Below, in pieces: positions 47,574-57,575 of a stretch of 64,000 bases of DNA. The position numbers and the translations under genes were made by a program. Numbering within the stretch: position 1 is the first letter of the stretch; each line of letters begins with the position of its first letter. Under the pieces are notes generated by a model. That model was given only the letters and a program-made list of their open reading frames with translations. It searched no databases and was not told the DNA's origin. Origin of the DNA: Thermoleophilia bacterium (GTDB lineage: Bacteria; Actinomycetota; Thermoleophilia; BMS3ABIN01); NCBI GenBank assembly GCA_014859345.1, contig JACUUL010000004.1, positions 2,516 to 66,515 on the forward strand, written 5' to 3'.

Positions 47574-48059
47574 TCAGCTGAATTTCAGTTCCAGGTCCAC
47601 AATGAGCGGAGCCAGATCAGCAGCCGGCTGGTAAGCCTGATCGTTCAGCATAATCAGGTTATGCTCCGCTGAATACGGCAAATCCAGCGTGTCCCCCTGT
47701 CCGAAAGCGAAGATGATCAGATTTTCAAACGATTCATCGGAGACCCCCGCGACCGGCTTGGCAGAGGCGCAGACGCGGGCCAGCCTCTCGAATTCCGGCG
47801 TACCCGCTCCCACCATATACGACGCGCCCGTCTGGCCGTCAGGCCTGTATGTGATGACGCTTAAAAACCGGGCGTCCCCAGCTTCAGACAAGGACCGCAG
47901 GCGCTCCGGCGCCTCTACGGTCCCGGGCCCGCCGGGAACCATCCTGTCTTCTTCCCTCTGGCTTAGCTCGCGCGTTCCCAGGACAGTAATCAGCGTAAGC
48001 GCGAGCACCAGAAGCGCCAGCATGCCATGCCTGAGCGTTATTTTTTCGGAGGGTTTCAT
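47574..48059 (-). CDS. Hypothetical exported/membrane-anchored protein
   Basis: N-terminal signal anchor (MLALLVLALTLITVLG). No motif. Confidence 0.35.
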   Translation of the reverse strand: MKPSEKITLRHGMLALLVLALTLITVLGTRELSQREEDRMVPGGPGTVEAPERLRSLSEAGDARFLSVITYRPDGQTGASYMVGAGTPEFERLARVCASAKPVAGVSDESFENLIIFAFGQGDTLDLPYSAEHNLIMLNDQAYQPAADLAPLIVDLELKFS

Positions 48060-48327
48060 CGCCGCTATGATAGCGTATTTACGGTTTCTTGGCTAAATTG
48101 CGATAGCGTAATCATTTGTTTAGCCTGACTTTTTTCTTAAAGCCGGTGTCCGCGCGTGTTTTCCGGTCTTATCAAACGTCTAGCGCGTGTCCTGCTAACC
48201 GGCGAAAAACCAAATCGAAAACGTATACCCGGAAAGCGGCGGGGGCACAACTTATTGTTTGCAAAAAGCCCGGTTTAATTCATATATTGTAGTGTCCCGG
48301 ATCGTCAGCGCGATTCCCGAGATTCCG

Positions 48328-51300
48328 ATGAGCCAGGAAAACAAAGAGAAAAAACTCATATATCGCCCGGTTTCGCCACGAGTGGACCTGCCCTCCCTCG
48401 AGGAATCCATCCTTGAATTCTGGCGGGAAAATGACATATTCAAAAAAAGTCTCGAAGCGCGGGAGGGCCAGCGGGAGTACGTATTTTATGAAGGGCCGCC
48501 CACCGCCAACGGCAAGCCTGGCTCGCATCACGTGCTCTCCCGTATCTTCAAGGATATCTTTCCCAGGTACCGGACCATGTGCGGCTACTATGTACCCCGC
48601 AAGGCCGGCTGGGACACTCACGGGCTGCCCGTCGAGCTGGAGGTGGAAAAGGAGCTGGGCATCAGCGGCAAGCAGGACATCGAAAAGGTGGGCATCGCGG
48701 AGTTCAACCGCCTCTGCCGCGAGAGCATCTACCGCTACCTGGAGGACTGGGAGAAGCTCACGGAACGCATCGGCTTCTGGATCGACACCGCCGACGCTTA
48801 CTTCACCCTGGACAACGGCTACATCGAGAGTGTCTGGTGGCTGCTCAAGGAGATTTGGAAAAAGGGCCTGCTATTTCACGACTACAAGGTGGTACCATAT
48901 TGTTCACGTTGCGGCACCGCCCTTTCCAGCCATGAGGTGGACCAGGGCTACCGGATCATCGAAGAGCCGTCTGTGTTTGTCAGGTTCCCTCTCGCCGATG
49001 ACCCGGACCTGGCCCTGCTGGTCTGGACCACCACCCCGTGGACCCTGATAAGCAACGTCGCGGCGGCCATCAGCCCGGAGATCGAGTATGTCGAAACCGC
49101 CTCCAGCGCCGGCCGGCTGGTCATGGCCGAGCCACTGGTCGAGAAGGTGCTCGGCGCCGAGGCCCGTATCGTCCGCTGGATTCCCCGGGATGAGCTGATC
49201 GGCAGGTCCTATATAGCGCCATACGGATTTATCGAGCCGGACGGCAAGGCCCATACCGTGGTACCTGCGGATTTCATCTCATCGGCTGAAGGCACCGGCA
49301 TCGTTCACATAGCCCCCGCCTTCGGGGCTGACGATATGGCGGTGGCCCGCGCCCACGAGCTGCCGATAATCAATGCCGTAACGGAAGAGGGCGTTTTTGA
49401 CGCGCGTATCACACCGTGGGCCGGCCAGTTTGTCAAAGAAGCGGATCCGGGCATTATCGAGGACCTGGACAACCGCGGGCTGCTTGTTTCGCGTATTTCC
49501 TACGAGCACTCCTATCCCCATTGCTGGCGCTGCGACACGCCGCTCATCTATTACGCCAAGGTAAGCTGGTACATCAGGACCACCGCTATCAAGGACGAGC
49601 TGCTGGCGGCCAACGAGTCTGTCAACTGGTATCCGCACAGCATCAAGTACGGGCGTTTTGGAAACTGGCTCGAGAATAACATAGACTGGGCCCTCTCCCG
49701 CGAGCGCTACTGGGGCACCCCCCTGCCGGTATGGCGATGCGAGCAGGGGCACGAGGTCTGCATCGGCAGCATTGAGGAACTGGGCAGCCTGGCCACCTCG
49801 CCGCTACCTGGCGATCTTGACCTGCACCGGCCGTTCATCGACGAGCTCCGATTGAGATGCCCGGACTGCGGCCGGGACATGAGCCGGGTCACCGAGGTCA
49901 TCGATGCCTGGTTTGATTCCGGCAGCATGCCCATGGCGCAGTGGCATTACCCCTTCGAGAACAAGGAGATATTCGAAAAACGGTTTCCAGCGGATTTCAT
50001 CTGCGAGGCGATTGATCAGACCCGCGGCTGGTTTTACAGCCTGATGGCTGTCAGCACGCTCCTTTTTGGCAAGTCAAGCTATAAGAATGTGATCTGCCTG
50101 GGGCACATTCTGGATCGCGAAGGCCAGAAGATGAGCAAGTCCAAAGGCAACGTGGTCGAGCCGTGGCAGATCCTTGACAGGCAGGGAGCCGACGCCTTCC
50201 GCTGGTATCTCTTTACGGCCAGTTCTCCCTGGTTTCCCCGCCGCTTCTTCCCCGAGGCCGTGGACGAGGTGGTCCGCAAGTTTCTTCTCACCCTATGGAA
50301 CACATATTCCTTTTTCACTGTTTACGCCAACATCGACGGGTTTGACCCCACAAAGCGGCGACTGGCGGTTGCCGAGCGTCCGCTGCTGGACCGGTGGGTA
50401 ATCGCTTCGCTCAACCGCCTGGTGACCGCTGTCCGGGAGGGGCTGGACAATTACGACGTCACCGGCAGCGGCCGCCAGATCCAGGAGTTCGTGGACGACC
50501 TCTCCAACTGGTACGTGCGTCGCAGCCGGCGCCGCTTCTGGAAAAGTGAAGAAGACACTGACAAGCTGAGCGCCTACCTTACCCTGTACGAGTGCCTGAT
50601 CACCGTCGCCAAACTGCTGGCGCCCTATACTCCTTTTATCTCCGAGGAGATCTATCGCAACCTGGCCTGTTCCGTGGATCCGGGGGCGCCTGAAGCCGTG
50701 CACCTGTGCGACTTTCCCGAGTCTGACCCGGAGCTTGTTGATGAAGATCTCCTTTTTGCCATGGACATTGTGCGCCGGGTTATCAGTCTGGGACGCGCCG
50801 CCCGCAACAAGGCCGCGATAAAGACCAGGCAGCCATTGCGGCAGGCTGTGGTAACAGCCGCCGGCAAAGAGCGGCGGGCAGTGGAAAACCTCTCGCACCT
50901 GGTGCTGGATGAGCTCAATGTAAAAGGCGTGTCATTCGTGGCCGACCCTTCGGACCTGGCGGGCGTCAGGCTCAAGCCGGATCTGAAAAAGCTGGGGCCC
51001 CGCTTCGGTCCCCGAAGGCCGCAGGTGGACGCTGCTATTGCCGCCATGGATCCGCGCCGCGCCGTCGACGAACTTCAGGCGGATGGCCGGATCGGCATCG
51101 TCGTGGAGGGCCGGGAGGAGATTCTCACAAGCGATGAACTACTGGTTGAAGAGGTGGAAAAGGAAGGATTCTCGGTGGAGCGGCATGGCGGACGGGCTGT
51201 TGGGATAACCACGGAAATCACACCGGAGCTCAAGCGCGAGGGCATCGCGCGTGAACTTGTTCACAAGGTCCAGATCCAGCGCAAGGAGGCAGGCTTCGAG

Positions 51301-51504
51301 ATTGAGGATCATATCGATTGTGACATGTCCGGCTCCCCTTTGCTCATCGACGTAATTCGCGAATACCAGGATTTCTTCAAGGCAGAAACACTCTGCCGCG
51401 GTCTGACGTTCGGGAAGGGTCCCCTTAAGGGCGGCACGACCTCCCCGGCCCTTGCCGAAAACGAAACGGTTGTAATATCGATAACAAAAACGGGTCCCGC
51501 TTAA
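48328..51504 (+). CDS. ileS: Isoleucyl-tRNA synthetase (type 2, no C-terminal zinc-finger extension)
   Basis: Start at the ATG at 48328 (MSQENKEKK). It has the class I HIGH-region (PTANGKPGSHH), the CP1 editing domain and KMSKS. Length 1058 aa. Confidence 0.95.
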   Translation: MSQENKEKKLIYRPVSPRVDLPSLEESILEFWRENDIFKKSLEAREGQREYVFYEGPPTANGKPGSHHVLSRIFKDIFPRYRTMCGYYVPRKAGWDTHGLPVELEVEKELGISGKQDIEKVGIAEFNRLCRESIYRYLEDWEKLTERIGFWIDTADAYFTLDNGYIESVWWLLKEIWKKGLLFHDYKVVPYCSRCGTALSSHEVDQGYRIIEEPSVFVRFPLADDPDLALLVWTTTPWTLISNVAAAISPEIEYVETASSAGRLVMAEPLVEKVLGAEARIVRWIPRDELIGRSYIAPYGFIEPDGKAHTVVPADFISSAEGTGIVHIAPAFGADDMAVARAHELPIINAVTEEGVFDARITPWAGQFVKEADPGIIEDLDNRGLLVSRISYEHSYPHCWRCDTPLIYYAKVSWYIRTTAIKDELLAANESVNWYPHSIKYGRFGNWLENNIDWALSRERYWGTPLPVWRCEQGHEVCIGSIEELGSLATSPLPGDLDLHRPFIDELRLRCPDCGRDMSRVTEVIDAWFDSGSMPMAQWHYPFENKEIFEKRFPADFICEAIDQTRGWFYSLMAVSTLLFGKSSYKNVICLGHILDREGQKMSKSKGNVVEPWQILDRQGADAFRWYLFTASSPWFPRRFFPEAVDEVVRKFLLTLWNTYSFFTVYANIDGFDPTKRRLAVAERPLLDRWVIASLNRLVTAVREGLDNYDVTGSGRQIQEFVDDLSNWYVRRSRRRFWKSEEDTDKLSAYLTLYECLITVAKLLAPYTPFISEEIYRNLACSVDPGAPEAVHLCDFPESDPELVDEDLLFAMDIVRRVISLGRAARNKAAIKTRQPLRQAVVTAAGKERRAVENLSHLVLDELNVKGVSFVADPSDLAGVRLKPDLKKLGPRFGPRRPQVDAAIAAMDPRRAVDELQADGRIGIVVEGREEILTSDELLVEEVEKEGFSVERHGGRAVGITTEITPELKREGIARELVHKVQIQRKEAGFEIEDHIDCDMSGSPLLIDVIREYQDFFKAETLCRGLTFGKGPLKGGTTSPALAENETVVISITKTGPA

Positions 51505-51523
51505 CCAAGCACAGGAGGAAGCG

Positions 51524-51955
51524 ATGTTCGACAGGATGATAGTAGCCACGGACGGCTCGGCCTCGGCCAGGACAGCGGTAAAGCACGCATCAGAACTCGC
51601 CCGCCTGGCGGGCACGAGCGAGGTGCTGATTATCCATGTTTGCCCGGCCTGCAGTGTTGATTTAGATCCTGATGAAGTGAACCGGCGGCTGGCCAGTGGA
51701 ATTGTCGACGAAGCGGCAAAGGCCTTCGAGGGCGCTGAGGCCGGCGTCCGCACGATGATCGATGTCGATTATCCGCCGGAGTCCCTGGGTTCCGCCATAG
51801 TCGAAATAGCAAAGAGGGAAAATGCCGACCTCATAGTCCTTGGGAGCAGAGGCTTGAGCGAGTTCCGGGGCATGCTGCTGGGAAGTGTCAGCAGCAAGGT
51901 CGTTCAGCACGCCTCCTGCCCGGTGCTCATAGTCAAACAACCTGAAGCTTCCTGA
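51524..51955 (+). CDS. Universal stress protein (UspA family)
   Basis: MFDRMIVATDGS...ADLIVLGSRGLSEFRGMLLGSVSSKVVQHASCPVLIV contains the ATP-binding G-x2-G-x9-G(S/T) motif. Confidence 0.8.
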   Translation: MFDRMIVATDGSASARTAVKHASELARLAGTSEVLIIHVCPACSVDLDPDEVNRRLASGIVDEAAKAFEGAEAGVRTMIDVDYPPESLGSAIVEIAKRENADLIVLGSRGLSEFRGMLLGSVSSKVVQHASCPVLIVKQPEAS

Positions 51956-52511
51956 CGGACTGAGCCACCCCCGCCTCCGCCAGGCACGATTCGCTAATGG
52001 TCGATCACAAGCAGATCAGCAAGATATCTTCAGGCTTGTTTCAACGCCCCCGGCTCCAACCATCCAATGAGGCCTGAAAGTGGGACAGATCTCCTTCTTG
52101 GGCAGCGAGCACAGCCGGTTCACACTGAAAAAGCATGCCTCGCAGGACACCTCCGACATGGTGCTCTTATCACCCTTATAGGCACCGCACCGCTTTCCTG
52201 ATACGGCTACTTGAGTGGGCACAAGGCCGTCATCCTTCGCTCGGTGGCAATCCTGTAACTGGCAGGAAAATAATATGAACTGCGCAAGCGGCTGGCAATA
52301 CCTGTCCTGACAACTTGTCCGCAAATTGGTGGATTTATTTTTTCCGGAAGCATTCATGTTTCCTCTTCGCGTCTGTTGCCTGAGGTTTGGAAATTTTCTT
52401 TGGCCGATCCCTCTGTTATGATGGAAATCGTCCGCCGCGGCTTCGGACGGATGGCTCCGGAAGCCGTCACTCGCGGCGGAGTAGGCATGCCAATACTGGT
52501 GGAAGGCAGCG

Positions 52512-53246
52512 TTGCGGAGTAGATCGCGTTTGAAAATTTTCACGGCGATGCTGGTGATCATCATGGGTATTTCAGCCGCGGGCTGCATGGAAGAGGAACG
52601 GCCCGAACCTGTCAGGACCTCCACCCGTCCCCAGCTTATCCCGGTGGATCCTTCCGACGGGGAGGCCGCCGCAGCGCAACCCCTGCAACCCGGGATCCAG
52701 CTGGATCCGGCGCTGACAAGCGCCACCGGCACCCCGGCGCCGGAGGAGATGCCGGTGCTGATCGCCCTGCAGGCAAAGGTTTCTTACCCGGTACTGGTCC
52801 CTACCCAGCTGCCCGGCGGCTACCGGCTTGACGCCGATCTTGCCAGCGCCCGGGGACCCACGGCCAGCGACCCGGTCGGCTATCACAGCTTCAGATTCTC
52901 AGATCCTTCAAATCCAAGCCGGGTTTTTACGTTTAACCAGACGCCTGCCAATTCCAAGCCTCTGGGCGGCTATTATCTAACTGAGGAGCAGATCAACGGC
53001 GTCGACTACCAGATATACTGGCACAGAAGCCTCGAATACCTGTCGGAATCTGCACCGGTGCGCACCTATGCCATTGAAGAAGCCGAAACCTTCGTGGTGA
53101 TGTGGAAGGGTCTTTTTATAAACGCCGCCGGAGAGCAGCAGGAAGTTCACTACGGCCTCAGCACGGGCAGCTACACCGGCCACGGCTGGGGAGACATCAA
53201 GGCTATCCTTCGGAGCCTGAAGCCGCTGGAATCAATCAACCAGTAA
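52512..53246 (+). CDS. Hypothetical lipoprotein
   Basis: TTG start. Signal peptide plus lipobox (IIMGISAAGCMEE) and a Pro/Ala-rich linker. No motif. Confidence 0.45.
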   Translation: MRSRSRLKIFTAMLVIIMGISAAGCMEEERPEPVRTSTRPQLIPVDPSDGEAAAAQPLQPGIQLDPALTSATGTPAPEEMPVLIALQAKVSYPVLVPTQLPGGYRLDADLASARGPTASDPVGYHSFRFSDPSNPSRVFTFNQTPANSKPLGGYYLTEEQINGVDYQIYWHRSLEYLSESAPVRTYAIEEAETFVVMWKGLFINAAGEQQEVHYGLSTGSYTGHGWGDIKAILRSLKPLESINQ

Positions 53247-53259
53247 GCGGGACCGATCC

Positions 53260-54273
53260 TTAGTCGCCGTCAGCCATCGCTTCGATGACAGCGTTCGCAT
53301 AGCCGGAGGTACCAGCCTCGCCACCCAGATCGTAGGTTACGTTCTTTCCCTCGCCTATCACAGCGCGAACAGCCGCGGTGACTCTGGCCGCCGCTCCGGA
53401 TTCTCCCAGATGACTCAGCATCAGCGCCGCCGAAAGGATTGTGGCGGTGGGATTGGACTTGTCCTTGCCGGCATACTTTGGAGCGCTGCCGTGGACCGGC
53501 TCGAAAACAGCCATCTCATCTCCGATGTTGGCGCCCGGAGCCACCCCCAGACCGCCCACAAGACCGGCGCAAAGATCCGAAAGGATGTCCCCATAGAGGT
53601 TGGGCATCACCATCACATCATAAAGCTCAGGCTTCTGCACCAGCTGCATGCACATGTTATCGACGATGCGGTCCTCGAATTCTATGTCGCTGTAACCGCC
53701 GGCAATGTGGCGGACTGACTCGAGAAACAGGCCGTCACTGCACTTTAGGATGTTGGCCTTGTGCACGGCGGTGACTTTCCTCCGCCTCTCGCGGCGGGCA
53801 TATTCAAACGCATATCTGGCCACGCGCTCCGACGCCCGGCGGGTGATGATCTTGATGCTCTCAGCGGCATCCTCGCCTACCATGTGCTCCACGCCCGCGT
53901 ACAGGTCCTCGGTGTTTTCCCTGACCACAACCAGGTCAATGTCTTCGTAGCGCGATTTGACGCCCGGCATCGAAAGCGCCGGCCGCAGGTTGACATAAAG
54001 GTCAAGCGCCTGTCTCAGCGCGACATTGACGCTCCTGAAACCGCTCCCCACCGGGGTGGTCACAGGCCCCTTGAGCGCCGTACCGGTCTCCTTGATGGAT
54101 TCCAGAACGTGATCCGGCAGCGGCGTTCCATGCTCCTTGATGGCGTTCTCGCCCGCATTCACGGTAACCCACTCCATCTCGGCGCCCGAAGCATCCACGA
54201 CCCGGCGGGCCGCATCCACGATCTCCGGGCCGATCCCGTCCCCGGGTATCAGAGTGACTCGATGCGCCATCAT
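53260..54273 (-). CDS. leuB: 3-isopropylmalate dehydrogenase (isocitrate/isopropylmalate dehydrogenase family)
   Basis: Start at [18 protein letters not shown] (ATG 54273, AAGGAG SD). It has the NLRP...ENTEDLY and NLYGDILSD motifs, and the last gene of the leu operon. Confidence 0.7.
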   Translation of the reverse strand: MMAHRVTLIPGDGIGPEIVDAARRVVDASGAEMEWVTVNAGENAIKEHGTPLPDHVLESIKETGTALKGPVTTPVGSGFRSVNVALRQALDLYVNLRPALSMPGVKSRYEDIDLVVVRENTEDLYAGVEHMVGEDAAESIKIITRRASERVARYAFEYARRERRRKVTAVHKANILKCSDGLFLESVRHIAGGYSDIEFEDRIVDNMCMQLVQKPELYDVMVMPNLYGDILSDLCAGLVGGLGVAPGANIGDEMAVFEPVHGSAPKYAGKDKSNPTATILSAALMLSHLGESGAAARVTAAVRAVIGEGKNVTYDLGGEAGTSGYANAVIEAMADGD

Positions 54274-54346
54274 AGCTCCTTTATTTTCTTCCGGCTCGAA
54301 AACACAGCCGATATATTTGACAGTTACCGCAAAAAACCGGCCGCGG

Positions 54347-54847
54347 CTATCCCAGGTTGAAATCTCCGTACTTCTTAAAGTGCTCAACCAGGCCCCCGTC
54401 GCCCAGTATCTTCACCATCACCGGCGGCAGCGGCGTGAATGTCATGGTTTCATCCCTTGTCGCATTCCGGACGGTGCCTGTGCCCAGATCGACCTCGAGC
54501 ATATCTCCATGCCGGATGCCCGAGGTATCTATCTCCAGCACCGGCAGACCCACGTTGATGGCATTTCGAAAGAAAATGCGGGCAAAGGATTTGGCCAGCA
54601 CGGCGTTCACCCCGGCAATCTTGATAATGCGGGGGGCGTGCTCGCGGCTGGATCCCAGACCGAAGTTCCGGCCGGCCACCACAAAATCTCCCGGCTGCAT
54701 CTGTGCCGCAAAATCCGGGTTGGCATCCTCCAGCACGTTCTTGGCCAGCTCCGGCAGATTTGTTCGCAGGTGAAAGTAACGCCCCGGGGCGATGTGATCG
54801 GTGGATATCGAGTCCCCGAATATCCAGGCTTTTCCCTTTAAAAGCAT
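54347..54847 (-). CDS. leuD: 3-isopropylmalate dehydratase small subunit (LeuD, aconitase swivel domain)
   Basis: Start taken at [12 protein letters not shown]. It has the [13 protein letters not shown] and [14 protein letters not shown] motifs. Confidence 0.8.
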   Translation of the reverse strand: MLLKGKAWIFGDSISTDHIAPGRYFHLRTNLPELAKNVLEDANPDFAAQMQPGDFVVAGRNFGLGSSREHAPRIIKIAGVNAVLAKSFARIFFRNAINVGLPVLEIDTSGIRHGDMLEVDLGTGTVRNATRDETMTFTPLPPVMVKILGDGGLVEHFKKYGDFNLG

Positions 54848-54935
54848 CTGGTGAGTGTTTTCTTCTTTATTATCTTTTTCATTCGATCTCACATTTTCAT
54901 CCGGCACCTGGCCTCCGATGATGAGAACAGAGGCC

Positions 54936-56192
54936 CTATTTCAGATAATCCCTTGGATCCGCTATCACTCCCGCAATCGCCGTGGCGGCCGCAGTGGCCG
55001 GCGAGGCCAGGTAGATAAAGGCCTCCGCGTTTCCCATCCGGCCCTGGAAGTTGCGGTTCTGAGTTGCCAGGCATACCTCTCCATCGCCCAGAATTCCTCC
55101 ATGCACGCCCACGCAGGCGCCGCAGCCAGGGCCGGTTACCGTCGCCCCGGCTTCGGCGAATATCCGGAGCAGTCCTTCGGCCGCCGCTTTGACATACGTG
55201 GATCGCGAGGCCGGCGTGATTATCAACCGTGTGCCCGGATGGCGCCTGCGTCTCTCCAGGATCTCCGCCGCGACGCGCAGGTCTTCGATGCGACCGTTTG
55301 TGCAGGTGCCGATGAAGACCTGGTCTACCCGGGTTCCAGCGGCTTCGCTCACTGTCCGGGTGTTCTCCACGGCGTGCGGCGCGGACACGTTGGGTTCGAC
55401 TTCGCCGGCGTCTATTTCGACGGTCCTGGCATGCTCGGCGCCCGCGTCCGCCGCCAGCTCCCGGTAATCGCTGCCCCGCCCCTGTTCATCGAGATACCGG
55501 CGCGTCTCCTCATCGGCCGCGAACAACCCTGTCTTGGCGCCTGCCTCAACGGCCATGTTGGACAGGGTGAATCGCTCCGGCATGGACATGGCCTCAGCGC
55601 CCGGCCCGACGAACTCAAGGGCCATGTAGGTAGCGCCGTCGGCCCCGATCATTCCAATCAGATGCAACATCAGATCCTTGGCGTAAACGCCTGTCGCGAA
55701 CCTGCCGGCAATAACTACCCGCAGCGTCTCGGGAACCCTCAGCCAGGTCTTGCCGGTGGCTATGCCTATCCCTACGTCGGTTGAGCCCATGCCTGTGGCA
55801 AACGCCGCCAGGGCGCCTGACGTGCATGTATGGGAATCGGCCCCGATGAGGATGTCGCCGGGAGATACGTATTCCTCAACCAGCCTCTGATGGCAAATAC
55901 CCTCGCTGATTTCCGAGAGCACGGCGCCGGTTCGGGCGGCGAATTCCCGTAGTGACATATGCGCGTTGGAAAGCTCCTTGCGCGGGCTGGGCGCGGCGTG
56001 GTCTAAAAAAAGGATGGTTTTTTCCGGATTATGAGCCCTGACCATATCCAACTCCTGCAGTTGCATAATAGCCAGGGGTCCCGTTCCGTCCTGCAGCGCG
56101 GCCACGTCGACGCCGGTAACTACGATCTCACCCGGCTCGACGCTTCTGCCCACATGGGAAGCGATGATCTTTTCGGCCAGCGTGCTAGCCAC
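54936..56192 (-). CDS. leuC: 3-isopropylmalate dehydratase large subunit (LeuC, archaeal-type HACN-like)
   Basis: Aconitase-family Cys ligands (GADSHTCT..., CTNGRIED, GPGCGACVG). 418 aa, the short archaeal-type form. Confidence 0.85.
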   Translation of the reverse strand: MASTLAEKIIASHVGRSVEPGEIVVTGVDVAALQDGTGPLAIMQLQELDMVRAHNPEKTILFLDHAAPSPRKELSNAHMSLREFAARTGAVLSEISEGICHQRLVEEYVSPGDILIGADSHTCTSGALAAFATGMGSTDVGIGIATGKTWLRVPETLRVVIAGRFATGVYAKDLMLHLIGMIGADGATYMALEFVGPGAEAMSMPERFTLSNMAVEAGAKTGLFAADEETRRYLDEQGRGSDYRELAADAGAEHARTVEIDAGEVEPNVSAPHAVENTRTVSEAAGTRVDQVFIGTCTNGRIEDLRVAAEILERRRRHPGTRLIITPASRSTYVKAAAEGLLRIFAEAGATVTGPGCGACVGVHGGILGDGEVCLATQNRNFQGRMGNAEAFIYLASPATAAATAIAGVIADPRDYLK

Positions 56193-57390
56193 TGGTTGAC
56201 TTGCTGGCCTCCTTGTGGGCCAGGTAATCCTTGTATATGTACATGAGCTCTTTTTCGAAGAGTCCGCGCTTGAGCTCGACGGCGTGCCTGCGCACGATCT
56301 TGAGAATTGCTTCGCATTCCTCGTCGGACAAATCGATAAGAAATTCCTCGAACTTGATCTTGATCGCCTTGGTGCCAGAGTGCTTGCCGATAACCAGCTG
56401 CCGTTCCAGACCCACCTCTTCCGGGGTAAAAACCTCGTAATTTATCGGATTCTTGATGACCCCGTCGGCGTGAATGCCCGACTCGTGCGCGAATACGTTA
56501 GATCCCACGATTGGCTTCCAGACCGGAATTGAGCGCGCCGAAGCATTGGCCACGAACTCGGAAAGCTCCCGGAACAGCTCTGTCTTGAACCCCAGATCCA
56601 CCTTGGAGATGTACTTGAGCGCCATTACCACTTCCTCAAGGGCCGCATTGCCGGCTCTCTCGCCCAGGCCGTTCACAGTTGTGTTCACATGAGTGGCCCC
56701 GGCCTTGATGCCGGCGATTGCGTTGGCGGTGGCCAGGCCGAAATCATTGTGGGTGTGCATCTCCAGATCGATTTTGACCTTCTTGCGCAGGTAAGAGATG
56801 ACGTTGTAGGTGTCAAAAGGATCGAGTATGCCCACGGTATCGCAGAAGCGGAGACGGTCGGCGCCGCACTCCTTGGCGGCGTGGACGAAGCGCACCAGGA
56901 ATTCCAGATCAGCACGGGAGGCATCCTCCGCGTTGACTGAAACATAGAGATCATGCTTCTTCGCGAAGTCCACGGCCTCCCTGACGCTTTCTATCACCCA
57001 GTTGCGGGATTTCTTGAGTTTGTGCTCGATGTGAATGTCGGAAGCCGACATGGAGATGGCCACGGCGTTGACGCCGCAATCAATTGAATGCTGGATGTCT
57101 TCCTTGACCGCCCGGTTCCAGGCAAGGATGCTGGCGTTCAAGCCGAGCCCGGCGATATGCCTGATTGTCTTCTTCTCGTCCCCGAGCATGGCAGGAATGC
57201 CAACCTCGATCTGGTGCACACCTACCTCGTCCAGGAGGCGGGCGATCCGTACTTTTTCCTGATTGGCAAAAACCACGCCGGCGGTCTGTTCGCCATCGCG
57301 CAGGGTAGTGTCGTCAATCCGTATCTCACATGCCGGATCACTATCAGTGCCCTGTAGAATAAAGCTATGCAAATGACCTTCCGGATGCAT
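56185..57390 (-). CDS. leuA: 2-isopropylmalate/(R)-citramalate/homocitrate synthase family, short form lacking the regulatory domain
   Basis: DTTLRDGEQ, HTHNDFGLATANA and NGLGERAGNAALEE are the DRE-TIM metallolyase motifs. There is an 8-nt overlap with leuC. Confidence 0.75.
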   Translation of the reverse strand: MHPEGHLHSFILQGTDSDPACEIRIDDTTLRDGEQTAGVVFANQEKVRIARLLDEVGVHQIEVGIPAMLGDEKKTIRHIAGLGLNASILAWNRAVKEDIQHSIDCGVNAVAISMSASDIHIEHKLKKSRNWVIESVREAVDFAKKHDLYVSVNAEDASRADLEFLVRFVHAAKECGADRLRFCDTVGILDPFDTYNVISYLRKKVKIDLEMHTHNDFGLATANAIAGIKAGATHVNTTVNGLGERAGNAALEEVVMALKYISKVDLGFKTELFRELSEFVANASARSIPVWKPIVGSNVFAHESGIHADGVIKNPINYEVFTPEEVGLERQLVIGKHSGTKAIKIKFEEFLIDLSDEECEAILKIVRRHAVELKRGLFEKELMYIYKDYLAHKEASKSTSG

Positions 57391-57575
57391 CGTTCTTCCT
57401 CAGTTTTCGGGGGAAGCAGGATCTTGCCAGAGTTCAGAGCTACCAATATAGCTTAAGACGGTTGATTGTACCAGCCGGTGGCAGCCAGCAAAAAGGGAGC
57501 TTTCCACATATGCCGCCAACCGGACCAGAACCCGCTCGATTCCCCACCAGTTAATAATGTAACAGATCTACCGGT

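Noticed and set aside
48062-48327. T-box or other leader riboswitch upstream of ileS
   Set aside because: No T-box consensus (AGGGUGGNACCGCG-like) or specifier/antiterminator arrangement is recognisable by eye. Only a short AT-rich stretch is present. An Rfam scan would be needed to exclude it.
52016-52732. 238-aa minus-strand ORF between uspA and the lipoprotein gene, including a possible 47-aa Cys-rich tail ORF (MSEVSCEACFF...)
   Set aside because: The long form overlaps the plus-strand lipoprotein gene and has junk-like composition. The short Cys-rich version has only a weak SD and no recognisable fold. It is left uncalled, but could be checked by ribosome profiling.
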